Assembly: GCA_022813865.1 (NCBI GenBank)
Contig: JALDZX010000006.1
Span: 496,001 to 560,000 of the forward strand
Direction of reading: 5' to 3'
DNA: 64,000 bases
DNA from: Xylographa opegraphella
Taxonomy: Eukaryota
In this document: piece by piece, positions 1 to 12,536 of the stretch
How the letters are laid out: the number at the start of each line of letters is the position of its first letter
How positions within the stretch are numbered: the first letter of the stretch is position 1
The notes under the pieces: model-generated
The model's input: the letters and a program-made list of their open reading frames with translations, nothing else
Databases searched by the model: none
Told to the model about the DNA's origin: nothing
Made by a program: the position numbers and the translations under genes

Positions 1-667
1 AGATGAGATCCGTGCTGAAGCAAAAGGTCTTCACGATATTCTCGTTGATGTTGGGGAACGGTCGACCGTCGAATGGGTCGCCGAAGAGAACCACCGCCTT
101 CACTCGGGATGCTACCGCTGCGGAAATCATGCCTACTCCGTTGTGGACGAGTTGCGCTCCTTGACTGTCAGATCAATTAGTTGTCGTCTGCAGGATTTGT
201 GTTCAAAGATCATACCTGTAACCGGATAGAACGATTTGAGTTTGGGGGCATTGTGCCGCAGCCTGCTCTGTCAATTGAGCAAATGTGGCAGATCCAGCAG
301 GATCCCCTTGCTCAAGGTAGCCCAGAATCGAAGCTCTGTCGACAGCTTAGCGTGCACCCCAGTTTCAGAAAGGGGGTTCAGCATACCCATAAGGGACGCC
401 TTGCACGCCCAGATTTCCAGCACCTAGTTTGGCCGAAAGGATATCAAAGAACGGAGGACCAGCCAGCAGTCCAATATTTCCGGGCTCGAGGGTACCCCGT
501 GCAAAGATAATCGTGACTGCAGCACAATTTGCAAGCTCATTGGATGTATCACCGTAAAGCTCCCGCTTTTCGACCGTTCTTGTAAGAACTGGGCTTGTAT
601 CGATAGGAAGTCCTGAGACCGTGCTTAAGCAATACAAGAGTATTGAGGCCACCGTGGTATATTTCAT
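1..667 (-). CDS. Secreted cutinase (CE5), 3' end runs off the window
   Basis: Signal peptide MKYTTVASILLYCLSTVSG; cutinase motifs IFARGTLEPGN, QGVPY, CPQTQIVLSGYS/QGAQLVH (GYSQG nucleophile motif split by intron 165-215) and AVVLFGDP; another intron near 330-386. Confidence 0.92.
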
Positions 668-2478
668 AATGAAAGCAATAGAATTCTCTTGACTTAATAA
701 CAGATAGCTTTATGAATAGATACACAATGTAGATCCACAGTGTAAATCAATATATGACTCAAGAATGTGAATTCGGTTGAACCTGGAGCTGGCCAAGGCT
801 CCAACAGATTCCGGCATGACGTTTATATACATTATGTTGCCTTCATTCACAGAAGCATGAAGAGTCGGAGGCTCGAGTTACCCCGCAATTATTCTTCAGG
901 AGTGATCTACCTTAAGGTATTGAGTTGCTGCTATGCATGCACGCACGGAGGTCTTCAATTTAACTAACCCCCGTACATCACCTGTTCCTTGAGACATGAA
1001 CTTGCAGTTGGTGGATTCAAATGCTAGGCGTGAGTGCCAGACGGACAAGGCGCGAATCGGTGATATAGACTTCTTTAGGTCGAGTGGCCGGAATTCTTTC
1101 TATGTTTAGACTAGGATGACTTTGGGACTTGATCTGGGCACGTTTCAACCCTGGTCAACAGGCTTACCATTGGGAATCATGCTTTTTTATCCACCAACCT
1201 GAAGGACGACACTGTCCTTCTTCGACGTGGCCTTTGCTTGACAACTAATTCAATGAAACCAAATCAGTTCTTTTTTTTCGTTCACTCTTCCTAAGCCTCA
1301 AGTTCCGATGGTGAAGTGATGAGCATCCGCTCTGGACCAACTTGAGCAGCTTGACTTAGCAGCGAGCGTGTGGTAGCTGTGGAATAAACGTCCTGATGGC
1401 GCAAACGTTGGCCGCTCTGTGGTGCCATAACTTCCGGACAGCTAGCTGTCTAGGATAGGGCAATTCCATAGCTCGACCGGTCAATAGATCCTGAGATCAA
1501 GGATTCTTGCGTAATACCGAGGCACGTATCTGCAAGTCACAGCATCGAGCCTTGCCATTGGACTGATGGCAGAGCCGTTCTCCCGTTCTCCAAGTGACCA
1601 TGCTCTGGTGGGCGGCAAAGCAGATGAGGAGTTGTTTGAGCGTGTCGGAGCAAGGACCAGTCGGGACTCGGGAATGCGGGGTGCGGCTCGTTTGGGCCTT
1701 GGCGGACACATTCATGTCTTCTACAGCCCCTTTCGAAATTGTGCTTCGATGGCGCCGAGACAAACACGAATGAATACGCCGGTGGCATTCGACCATCGTT
1801 GACAAATCTTGCCATCCACTGGTGTGCATCCGGATAATGCTCCGTTGTCAACCTCGAGCCCCTTTCCACTTCGAATGCATGTGCCAGTACAGTTCATGCC
1901 ATAGTATCGCCTATGCGTCTGCATAAAACCTGAGTGGCCGACCGTCGTGGACTCGCTCCTCCTATAGTGGCTTTTGACAGGATACCTCCAGCCGTGCTAG
2001 TAGGATGCTAGCGCTCACCTGGAAGCTGCAACCGACATACTGCATGCTTGCTGATGGACGCCCGTTTAGATACCTTACTTTACTATTCCACTGATGCTTG
2101 CCTCCTTTCAACTTTACCTTTTCAACCGTTGTTAGAATAACATTGCTGGAATCATCGAAGCTGGACAAGGAGCTTTCTTGATGCAACTATGGCACCATGA
2201 ACATCCGCTGCTGGAGTGGGCGGCCGCCCAGCCGTTGAAGTTCAGTGGGCGCGAGATGTCGCGTGTGAGGTTGAGCCTCGGCAAGTTTGCAATGGCAGCT
2301 GCATGCTCTGCCAATTAATGTATCATTCGCCAACAGCATTGGCGATCCAACGATTCTCGTCCTGATCTTATCATTATCGCTCCCTCGTAGGCATTATGGA
2401 GTAACTCTGCTCGTAATTACTTCCTCACACTCGGTGCGATATCCCACAGTGATTATTGAATCCTGTTAAGGAAAGTCA

Positions 2479-4508
2479 ATGGCAGGTGAGTTGCTTATGT
2501 CTTCAATGTGATGTGGGGCCAATAAGTCTCACGCAGACCAGTTCCGTTGTCAATAATTGCGTCAGTAGCCGTTGCAACCGTTGCTTACCTCTCTGCATTG
2601 ACACAGTTTCCCAATGATTACAGCCTACTCAAATCGCTGGTCAAGGGGCGTGCAAGGACTGCAGCTGCAGAAAAGAGCGACAGACTCAACCTATTCTACA
2701 TCCTAGAAGCCCATGCACACGCCAAGAGTACTGCCAACCACCCTTTCCTCATATACGAAGGCACTACCTGGACCTACAAAGAGGTCTACGATATCGTGCT
2801 GAAGTATGGGACATGGCTCAAGACAAACTACAGCATCGCCCCCTGCGAGGTCGTGTCCCTAGATTTCATGAACTCCCCCAAATTTATATTCATATGGTTC
2901 GCATTATGGAGTCTTGGAGCATATCCTGCCCTGATCAACTACAATTTGACCAGCAAGCCGTTGCTGCATTGTATCAGATCTGCTGGGGCACGCATTCTTT
3001 TTGTGGATGACGAAGTCCAATACCTATATACATCAGAAGTTCTCGGTGCCTTAGGTTCGGCTGAGTTCCGTGATGGGAAAGGACCGGTGGAAGTGGTCTT
3101 TCTGGATCCAGACCTTGAAAGAGCAATTTTGAATATGGAGGGTGTGCGGGAGCCAAACTCTTCGCGTGCTGGAGTGAAGTCCACCTCCAAAGCCATGCTT
3201 CTCTATACAAGCGGGACAACAGGGCTCCCGAAGGCTACTGTTGTTCCTTGGTTCAGAATATACAACGGTGCGAGCTTCACTGAAAATTGGATGGGCTGGT
3301 CACGCAGTGACAGATTCTATACCGTTAGTACCACATCAAATTCATCGTCTATGTCAATTACTTATGATGGTTTACAGCCCATGCCCCTTTATCACGGCAC
3401 AGCAAATCTGCTTGGATTACTGTCTTGTCTCGCGATCGGCTCTACTATAATAATAGGGCACAAGTTTGGCAGCAAGACCTTCTGGCCAGAGGTTAGGGAA
3501 TCGAAGGCAACGATTATCCAATATGTCGGCGAGACATGTCGCTATCTGATGGCGGCTCCCCCACTACTTGATCCCATAACTCGTGAGAACCTGGACAGTC
3601 AAAACGATGTTAGAATGGCCTTCGGTAATGGCCTCAGACCCGACATATGGAACAGATTTAAGGAAAGATTTGGTATAGAAACAATTGCAGAGTTTTACGC
3701 GTCCACAGAAGGCGTTGGCGCAGGTTGGAACCTCAGCAGCAATTCATTTTCTACTGGTGCTACTGGAAAAGGAGGAACTATGGCAAAGTTGTTCTCCAGG
3801 AGCAGGCACGCGATTGTCGAGCTTGACTGGGAAACCGAGTCTCCTGCGAGAGATCCCAAGCGGAACAATTACTGTACACGCGTGCAGCCTGGAGCACCAG
3901 GAGAACTTTTGTACTGGGTAGATCCCAAAAATATTCAGCAAAATTACAATGGCTATTACCAAAATGAGAAGGCCAGCAATGATAAAGTCTTGAAAGATGT
4001 CTTTTCCAAAGGCGACATGTGGTTCAGAACTGGGGATGTTATCAGAATTGACACTGAAGGGAGAATGTACTTCTGCGATAGGATTGGTGACACCTTTCGT
4101 TGGAAGGCGCAAAACGTCTCTACTAGCGAAGTGGCAGAGCTTCTGGGCACCCATCCGGCAATTATAGACCACAATATCTATGGAGTTGAACTGCCCGCCC
4201 ACGACGGCAGAGCCGGATGTGCTGCTACTGTGTTAAATCGAGAAGTGGATAGCCAGCTGCTGGCGAGTATCGCTGCCCACGTCCACCAGCAGCTACCAAT
4301 ATATGCCGTCCCGGTATTCTTACGGGTCACAAAGGAGATTCAGGCCACGGGCAACAACAAGCAGCAGAAGCACATACTTCGCAACCAAGGCGTCCACCCT
4401 GGAAAGGTAGACCCTGGAGACAAGTTGTACTGGTTGCGAGGGGGAACTTATGTCGAATTCCACCCCAAGGATTGGGAAGCCATTGAAGCGGGCCAAGTCA
4501 AGCTGTAG
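2479..4508 (+). CDS. FAT1: Fatty acid transport protein / very-long-chain acyl-CoA synthetase (FATP family, FAT1-like), probably peroxisomal
   Basis: AMP-binding motif YTSGTTGLPKA, QYVGETCRYL, EFYASTEG, GDMWFRTGD, DRIGDTFRWKAQNVST. Micro-exon ATGGCAG at 2479-2485, intron 2486-2541, in-frame intron 3324-3377. C-terminal VKL resembles a PTS1. Confidence 0.9.
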
Positions 4509-4853
4509 CGCACGGCCCTTCTAGCGACCGTGGATGGTATAAATTCTGCGCAGTGATTTCTCGGATGCACCTGCCTTTGAATAACGATTGCGAAATAGCA
4601 CAGACCAGACCCTGAACTTTGATCAATGGATACCAGTATGAATCTAAACGTCTGTCTCAGAGGTCTACCGTTCCCTTACAACGGCACCGCGTTGGAATTT
4701 GCTTAAGCCGCCCATAAAATGAACATGCAAATGCCGGAGTATACCCACGCTGACCCCCTTATGCATGTCTATCACTTTTTACACAGGCCAAATGCCAAGT
4801 CCAACACACAAATCCACCCACCCCAGATTCCCCCACCCCCTCCCCCCCTTCCC

Positions 4854-5729
4854 TCACGGGCTCTCCTTCTTACTCACCACCCCATCCAACCCACTATTCC
4901 CCACCACCCTCCCGCCCGTCTCCCCCTCCACATCCTCCCCCACCCTCCCGCCCTCCACCTCCCTCCCCATACTAACCCCCACATCCCCCTCCCCCAACAC
5001 CTCCCTCGCCCTCTTCTCAAAGGCCTCGACCATCATACCCGCCACCTTGGGCGCCGCGGCCTGGCTCAGCGCCGCATAGACCGCGCTCGCGAACTGCACC
5101 TCGATCAGCAGCGCGACCTCGGTGCGAGGCTTCGACTCCGGCGGCGCGTTATCGACCTGCGGCCTTCCGCTGCGCGGCGGCGGCTTGTATGGGAAGCTCT
5201 TCAGCGACCAGCGCGTCAGCAGGGAGGTGAAGAGCGGGTTCGCCGCCGGCTCGGCCGGATCGTCGTCCGCGCCCGCGCTGTAGTGTGGTATATCGCGGGC
5301 CTGGAGCGTCGTGCGCGCGCGGCCGCTGACGGCTTCGACGGCCGTGTCGGGCTGGCAGAAGACGTGCGAGTGGAAGGTCTCGCTGTAGGACTGGAAGCCG
5401 ACGGTCAGCGTGGCGGTGCGGGGGTAGCACGTCGAGGTGCGTGGGTGCGGGGCCGACCAGGAGGTGATGCTAGAGGCGGTGCAATAGGGGAGGAAGGTCG
5501 GGTAGGAGGCGATATCGGCGATGAGGGCGTAGAGCGCCGAGGCGGAGTAGGGGAGCGTGCGCGTGGCGGAGAGGGTTTGCGGCGAGGGGGTCAGCGGGTT
5601 GGAGACGAAGGGGCGGGTGTGTTTGGGGGGGGAGGGGAGCGTGCTCAGGATGGAGGTGGTGCTGGTGGTGAGGGCGGTGGTGGTGAGGGCCGATGGGCGC
5701 AGGAGCCGGAGCTGGGTGGAAGGTTTCAT
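4854..5729 (-). CDS. COQ10: Coenzyme Q-binding START-domain protein (COQ10-like), mitochondrial
   Basis: Arg/Ser/Thr-rich presequence MKPSTQLRLLRP; RTLPYSASALYALIADIASYPTFLPYC, LTVGFQSYSETFHSHVFC, LFTSLLTRW, EVQFASAVY...MVEAFEKRA are typical of Coq10/cyclase-dehydrase proteins. Confidence 0.88.
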   Translation of the reverse strand: MKPSTQLRLLRPSALTTTALTTSTTSILSTLPSPPKHTRPFVSNPLTPSPQTLSATRTLPYSASALYALIADIASYPTFLPYCTASSITSWSAPHPRTSTCYPRTATLTVGFQSYSETFHSHVFCQPDTAVEAVSGRARTTLQARDIPHYSAGADDDPAEPAANPLFTSLLTRWSLKSFPYKPPPRSGRPQVDNAPPESKPRTEVALLIEVQFASAVYAALSQAAAPKVAGMMVEAFEKRAREVLGEGDVGVSMGREVEGGRVGEDVEGETGGRVVGNSGLDGVVSKKESP

Positions 5730-6171
5730 GCTGGGGGTTGTGAGGCTTGAGGGCGTGGGGTGCAATTGAGTGGTAAGGAGTGGTTGTTGGGGGGTGGTTG
5801 CAATGCGGATATGGCTAACTTATTGAAAAGACAGAATGTGCACGACACGTTCAGAGGGATTGCAGTATTTTGATCAATGACGTTCATATTCGTGCAAAAG
5901 TGTACCCTTGTCAGGACTACGGCAGCCTTGCCAAGACAGCAATCCGTCGTTCGGCTTGTGACACGGCCCGGCAGAAAGAGGTTGGATGGAAGGGAATCTG
6001 CTGAACATGCTCGTGAGAGCTTTGTTGAAAATATCTATCTGAGTACTCCATCACTATCAAACAAAAAGTACGGATTCAAAAGCCACCCGATCCAACATGC
6101 CATAACTTTCAAGTGCCCTGCCTCGGTCGCTATATAGCAGAGATTCCAAACACTTGAGATTATCACCCTTT

Positions 6172-8175
6172 TCAGACACACACCTTAGCTGTCAACGCAC
6201 GTGCGCATGAAACAGAGTCGTCAAAGCTAAGAATGGCTGCTTCCGAGTCAGGGACTTCGATGGTGATCGAGCCATCATCTGCACTGTTTAAGGCTTCCAG
6301 CGATTCTGACTGTCCAATTTGGACTGGAAGACCTTCGTTGCGATCATAGTCGTATGATGTGTTATTGAATGTGATGTTTGTTGTAGCATCACTCCCTGCA
6401 GCATGTAGCCTCTGTACCGTAGCTTTCCCCGCAATACCGGGAATGTGGATAACGAATGTCCGACTCGGTCTACTACTTCCCATAGAGGCATAGTCCGGAG
6501 AGGTCTGCGGTGTCTGGGCTGACGAAACCGCCGTGCTACCTTGGGTGGAGTTGAACTCCAGGAGGTTAATCACAGCAATACGTGTGAGCTGGCCATGTAC
6601 GTAGGCAGCGTAAGCAGCCTCGTAGACGCTCTCGCGGGGTATATGGACAATCTGAACCCCTTCTTCATTGCCAATGAAAGTCGCGAGTGCTATTTTCCCA
6701 TAATAAGGCGGTAAAGTTGCCGGAGGTCCTGCTTTGTTTGGCATCGCTTGCCATGCAGAGTATGCCGCGCCTTCGGATTGATGAAAGTGGATTCTGGTGA
6801 TATTCTGACTGGCACAATAGAGGCCAAAATCAAGAACCCAAAGAGCCGCGCCGAATGAGTTTGATGCCCCAGGCGCTCCGCCACCAGAGAGCGAGTTCGT
6901 TTCGCCGAGGATCAACGGTATGTTCGGTGCAGCTTTGGCAAAGAATCTTGCATACGCTACTTGGATATCGACAGAATTAATGGTCCAGTTGTGATTCATG
7001 AGGGTACGTTGCAAGGTTACACCAGGCCGTTTTGAACCAGTCATATAGCTAAAGGACCAATCAGCACGGTGTTGTTCTCAGTAGTAGCACTTGAGTCCAA
7101 AGGCCCGAGAGACTGGCGGTGACAAGATACGAGTAATTGCTTACCTATGTACCGATATTTGCTTTATGTTTTTTTGATTGTTGATCTGCGCTTTAAAAGC
7201 GTCGGACGGGGTAAAACCAGAATCTATTTTAACACCGCTCATTGAGGGAGCCATGTACCCGTTGACAGTGGCTTGCGCTACGTCCGGACAATTGCTTGCT
7301 ATCGTTTCGTCTATCAATTTGGTCCCAGCCAACCATTCCTTGGTGTATTGTGCAATCGTCCAGTCCGAGGGCCGAGTGGACCCTCGGTAGAGATTCGGCT
7401 CGTTACCATACTCCCACGCATTGAGTGTTTCGTTAGTGAGAGTCTTACATGCCATTATAGCTATGTCGATAAGATTTGAGCGATATTCAGGGGTGTTGTT
7501 CTTGAGATTGAAGCCATGACTGAACTTTGTGCCTGGCCACAAATGGTATGACTCGAAAAAGCTCGGTCCTATGTTATACTGATCTACTGCATTCGTTCCT
7601 CGATGTGTTATTAGAGTGGCTGTCTCAAGCTTTGGATCGTAAGAATATTGATCCCTTTGAGACAATTAGGAATTATCAGTGCACTAGTAAGCAGACAGGA
7701 ACGATGAGAACAAGCCACTGAGATTCGAACAATATCGTGAGGCGTCAACTACGATTTCAAAGCATATGAAGCTTCAAGCAACGGCTTGTATGAAGATAAA
7801 ATATTTCCATCATTTGTATAATCTGGCATGCGGTAAACAAGTATAACTCACTGACTATCTCCCCCAACCCGAATATATGGCATTGTCCCAGTAAGTCTTC
7901 CGAGATTTGTCAAGAGATTCTTCGAGAAGACATTAGGGGTAGATATGTTTCCTGATGCTGGCTTCAGCAATAATATTCCGAGGACAAAGATGCAGTATAC
8001 CAGCAAATACGGGAAGGTCTATCATCTCGATAGACAAGGACAAGAAAGCCTGAGACAAAACTTGACTTGGGTTTTCCGGTATAGTTGTAGTGCTGGTGCA
8101 AGGCGAAGGACTACAGGATACAGCAAGAACCGATAGAGCTGGAATAATAGAATACCATAATGAAAGGACCATCAT
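6172..8175 (-). CDS. Secreted glycoside hydrolase family 79 (beta-glucuronidase/heparanase-like), multi-exon
   Basis: Signal peptide; FLSLSIE; PYIRVGGD exon near 7855-7950; catalytic motifs WEYGNEPNLY and LGETNS; SNSFGAALWVLDF; PPYYG. Several introns split the ORFs. Confidence 0.88.
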
Positions 8176-9089
8176 TGCTCTTAAATCTTAAGATATCCTC
8201 ACACTCCGCCGTATAGAAAACTCAAAAACTCAATATTGAACAACAGTGTTTTGAGCCAGCACGAGAATTTAGGCACTTTTGTAGAAGTGTCGGGATAGGT
8301 CACGAAAGAAACATTTGAAGGTACATGACACACGCATGGGGCAGATAAGAGCACAGAACAAATTATGAGACATTAGCAGTCGAATATCGTCCATGTTTCG
8401 TGAGGCTATTTCTGTTGCGCTTTGGGGTTGTGTCTGAAACTGTAGTTGCGGTAACACCAAACATTAAGCTGGCCTCAAACCCTGATCCGGTCGCTTAACG
8501 AAGCAATTACATTGGATCAAGCTACTTCGATCGTCTGGCATAACCAATTCGCGTGCAAGGACAGGCCATAACCGCACACGATATGCACAAGACGGCAGAG
8601 ACTTTGAAGCTTTCAAAACAAGCGTGACTGGCTAAAACAGTCGGTCGCGAGGTGACTTCCCGCCAAATACAAAGCTTGGTAGCGAGTGCTACTATATGGC
8701 AGCTTCGGATCAGTACGTCTCGCGTTTCGTTCCCCCGTAAGCCCTCCTATTAAGCGTAAGGTAGCTTGCGAGCAGTTAACCCGCTCCATATGACTAGCAC
8801 AAGAACTGAGCTAGCCGCGCAGTTCACGATGAATGCAAGATTCGTTGTACTCTTAGCAAGATGTCTATTGAACTAGATAGTGTTCATAAGATTTCCAACA
8901 TCTTTGCTTCCCATTTTCTTCTATATTATATGTTGATCTTAGAGATTTGGGCTGTGAAGCTAAACCGTGGCGGTAACAAAACTCAAGAAACCCGATGAAT
9001 ATATTGAAAGCCAAACGCCGCAATGCCACATAGACGGCCTTGCTCTGTCCGGCAAGCATTACATCATCTGCCCAGTGTCTCCCAACCTT

Positions 9090-12000
9090 TCAGGCGTACA
9101 TCGGAATTTTCTCCTCCTCTTCTTCCTCGTACCACTTGCCTCCCAGCATCGCCTCATGTTCCCGCAGAACCAATTTTGGGGGCGTCGGCGCCACACGAGA
9201 TGCCGGCACATGGCTTGATGCTGGTGTACTGCTCCGCGATGACCCTTCGTGAGAGCGGAGTAGCGGCTGCGCAACGAAGCCAGAGTTACTGTCCTCCCAG
9301 GAATGTGATACGTGTGGGACGTTCGGCGAGGGCTCGGAGGCGTAGTACGAGACGAGGGATGGGCCATCGTCGACGGTACGGACTGTGGCTAGGACTGAGC
9401 GATGAGGCTCTGGGGTCTGTAATATGGCGGGATGTGAAGACATCGGTGCAGGGATTTGGTGTGGTGAAGATGTATAGAAAGACTGTTCATAGCTCTGCTG
9501 GGCCTGTGGCGGGCCAGTCTGCGACCTGGTCAAGTATGAACCTGGTTGAGATGTATCAAAGGAAGGCGCAGGCGATGTGATCCATTGGTAATGCCCATAC
9601 AGCGGTGACTGACCCTGCGATCTTATATCCGTCGTGGCGGGTAATATGTTCATATGTTGATCATGATCAGGCTTCGTTGGCACAGGCTTCACAGAACCCG
9701 ATGTAGTGCGTTGTTTCGTTTGCTGTGCCTTGTTTCTCACGCCGCTGTCGAGGTCTGGTAGGTTTTTTCCGGAGTTGGTACTTTGAACGCTTGTTTTCGC
9801 CACATGCGCACTTCCAAACATCGAGTGTACTGCTCCACTTGGGCTCACTGGTTGTGTCAGCGGTGATACAAAGGCTGTGTCTGGCAACCGCGGAGGAGTA
9901 GCATTTGCGGTCCATGTCCGAGGTCGATTCGACACGGCGAAGAGATCATCTTGACTCTGTAGACTGACCTTCACCCATGCTGATGGCCTACAAAGAGCCC
10001 ATGTGTTGGATGGCACTCTTATCACAGTTTCACGATAGTGACAGTCGTTGGCAAAGCGCCAACTACATAGGACAGCTCTGAGCATTCCTCCCTCAGCACC
10101 TGTGATGAATGCAACGGTAGGTGGACGCTTGGCCTGGAAAACGGTAATACAGAGATTACCAGTATCTACCAGTGTGAACCAATGATGACCTGGAAGCGTG
10201 GGCTCGGGTGCAGACTTGGTAATCCAGTCTGGCTCAACGCCCTTGCGTATATACGGATGCCGGAATTCTCGAGTAAAAGGCGTGGAGGAGGGTTCGTAGC
10301 GCAGACGTTTCGCATCGCTGCCGAAGACTATACGCTCAAGGTCTGCGCGCGGTAAAGTGCCTTCAAAAGCGACTAGATGGGGGGCTGCCTGCAGCACAGC
10401 ACCTCCGAAAAGTCGGCGGACGGCAGAAGGCGCGAAGATCGCAAGGACAAGACCTGTGCCGATGAAAAGTAGGATGGCAGCCCACATCCAACGTTCATAG
10501 TGAGGCGTGGGACCAGGAAGGAATCTGCCTATCGTATCCGAAAGCTGTGCCCAGCCAAGGAAGATGGGGGCGTATGTAAAGGCAAGACCGTAACCCGTTA
10601 CTATCCACCAGGCTCCGCTACGAATCACAAGCTCGGCCATCCTCTTTTTCTGACCCTGGTGGCGTTTGTACATCATGCGTGGGAACCGCTTCCATCGAAT
10701 AGGAACCGCCCGGCACTCACTGAGTATAACCGTTGACGGCTCATCACCGACGCCAACAACTTGGCACCGCGGCTCAATGTCCCAAGTATGAGTCTCGTAT
10801 TGATCCTTCTCCGCCATTGACTTGAAGAAATCTTCGTTGTTATCAATAGCTTTGGGAAACATGGATGTCAGGCGCTCTATCAGACGGTCGTTGTCATTAG
10901 CTAGGGACAAACGTGCAATTACTTGGAAGAGGTCGTCTGTTGGATCTGGGTCAATGCGGTAGTGTAAAAGACCCATTAGTGCATACGCTAGATCAGCTCC
11001 GGTGAAGTCGTTGGTAGTGACTCTAGCCTTCAGAGCTGATACGGCTGTAGAAAAGAGCTCCAGGCGACCGAGGGTGATCACCCCTTCGTAGTGCTCGGCC
11101 AATATGCGGCCAGGGATTTCTTCGCTACCTTCGAATGCTTCTTCCCAGAATTGGCTGGTCAACTCGACCTTACTCATAAGCTGCACACTGTACTCGTTAG
11201 GATGAAGCCATGTACACACTTGAAGCTTGGAGGGAGCGAGTAATCCTTCTGGCAGTGTCCACATGCGGCGGCCCCAGTCGCGCTTCCGCTGAAGCTCGCC
11301 GTCTGGTAGCAGAAGAGTGACAAATTGTGACCCACGAATAGCATCGCACATTCGATTGACGTCTGCAGTCAGAAGGTCTTTGTCAATTCTCGAAGCATTG
11401 CATTTCCAGTCTTGAAAGTAAGCCTTCAGGCCTGCTTTCCGGCACATATACTGGGCCATGATGTCAACCCTATCCTCAAAACCTTTGAAAGAATCCCAGT
11501 GATAGCTGATGAAAATATACTGCAAGTCCTTTGGGGGATTCTCGACGACCTGCCATTCCTCGTTCTGGAAAATGACCAGTTGACGCGGTCGATATAGTCG
11601 CTGTCTTGAAGACAGCTTCTCGGGCTTTTCATACCTCTTGCGGTCACCCTCTCGCGCGTCAAGTGGATTGATAGCATGCTTCGGCCACTTCCAGTGATAG
11701 CCAGGGTAGTCCAGATAAGATTCTTCTACATCCGTCATTTCCCACGGCGCATTTGCCCCTGGTAGTGCGAGCAGGGCTTGTAAGGGGAGCGCGGCAAGTA
11801 CTTGTCTGAAGAAGGAGCTTGTTCTGCTCAGAGTGGGTGACAACGACCATTCGGCTATGCGAAGTGCTAGAGGAATAGTGCCTTTGATCTGAGTACGTCG
11901 CCATGATACGGGAGATTGATCTTGACGAGCTGCGTCAGTAGCTTGTACGATAATTCTTCGCGGTACAGAATTTGAGGGACTGAGGTAGGTGTCGAGGTCT

Positions 12001-12536
12001 TCGTATTTCCAGATCACATCGCCGAATCTGGTCAGAAATGGGCGTTTTCCGTTCTTGCCATGGTCACCAAGATCGTTGGCGTACGTCGCAACGTCTTCTT
12101 GATCGAGTGTCTTTGTAGGATTGGTATATTTGTAAGGCCACTTGTAACCGGTGCCGCCATTAAACTGAGAGGTGAGGTGCTTGTAGTATACTACAGCGGT
12201 GCCTACGCCGCCACGTAGATTCCAGAAATGTTTGATTTTGTCCTTGGTTTCCTTGACATCGTTGACTGTAATCTGGTGCCAACTCTTGTTACGCAATTCG
12301 GTGGGACCGATTTTCTCAAGCTCGGCAGCAGATAGACTGTACAGATGGAGGGCCTCCTGATGCGTAAGTCCCATTCCAGAACTGGCAACCTTTTCTGTGA
12401 CGTATACCTCTTCGGGTGCTACATGTGCGTACTCATTTGAATCAAAGGTCGCCCACTGTGTCGAAATGGGAGAAGTCACAGCAGATGGATTGGAATTCAT
12501 TGACGGAACCGCCTTGCGTTTGATTGGCGACGCCAT
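9090..12536 (-). CDS. 1148-aa intronless protein with a divergent HET-like domain, two predicted TM helices and a low-complexity C-terminal tail
   Basis: Long uninterrupted ORF. YIFISYHW, AYFQDWKC, RMCDAIRGS and WGRRMWTLPEGLL line up with the three HET-domain blocks; hydrophobic segments GAWWIVTGYGLAFTYAPIFLGW and WMWAAILLFIGTGLVLAIFAP. Confidence 0.75.
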   Translation of the reverse strand: MASPIKRKAVPSMNSNPSAVTSPISTQWATFDSNEYAHVAPEEVYVTEKVASSGMGLTHQEALHLYSLSAAELEKIGPTELRNKSWHQITVNDVKETKDKIKHFWNLRGGVGTAVVYYKHLTSQFNGGTGYKWPYKYTNPTKTLDQEDVATYANDLGDHGKNGKRPFLTRFGDVIWKYEDLDTYLSPSNSVPRRIIVQATDAARQDQSPVSWRRTQIKGTIPLALRIAEWSLSPTLSRTSSFFRQVLAALPLQALLALPGANAPWEMTDVEESYLDYPGYHWKWPKHAINPLDAREGDRKRYEKPEKLSSRQRLYRPRQLVIFQNEEWQVVENPPKDLQYIFISYHWDSFKGFEDRVDIMAQYMCRKAGLKAYFQDWKCNASRIDKDLLTADVNRMCDAIRGSQFVTLLLPDGELQRKRDWGRRMWTLPEGLLAPSKLQVCTWLHPNEYSVQLMSKVELTSQFWEEAFEGSEEIPGRILAEHYEGVITLGRLELFSTAVSALKARVTTNDFTGADLAYALMGLLHYRIDPDPTDDLFQVIARLSLANDNDRLIERLTSMFPKAIDNNEDFFKSMAEKDQYETHTWDIEPRCQVVGVGDEPSTVILSECRAVPIRWKRFPRMMYKRHQGQKKRMAELVIRSGAWWIVTGYGLAFTYAPIFLGWAQLSDTIGRFLPGPTPHYERWMWAAILLFIGTGLVLAIFAPSAVRRLFGGAVLQAAPHLVAFEGTLPRADLERIVFGSDAKRLRYEPSSTPFTREFRHPYIRKGVEPDWITKSAPEPTLPGHHWFTLVDTGNLCITVFQAKRPPTVAFITGAEGGMLRAVLCSWRFANDCHYRETVIRVPSNTWALCRPSAWVKVSLQSQDDLFAVSNRPRTWTANATPPRLPDTAFVSPLTQPVSPSGAVHSMFGSAHVAKTSVQSTNSGKNLPDLDSGVRNKAQQTKQRTTSGSVKPVPTKPDHDQHMNILPATTDIRSQGQSPLYGHYQWITSPAPSFDTSQPGSYLTRSQTGPPQAQQSYEQSFYTSSPHQIPAPMSSHPAILQTPEPHRSVLATVRTVDDGPSLVSYYASEPSPNVPHVSHSWEDSNSGFVAQPLLRSHEGSSRSSTPASSHVPASRVAPTPPKLVLREHEAMLGGKWYEEEEEEKIPMYA

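Noticed and set aside
1300..2400. Cluster of short ORFs between cutinase and FAT1
   Set aside because: No recognisable product or consistent exon chain.
4719..5750. 343-aa + strand ORF rich in Pro/His then Gly/Arg
   Set aside because: Antisense shadow of COQ10 caused by high GC and skew; no domain motifs.
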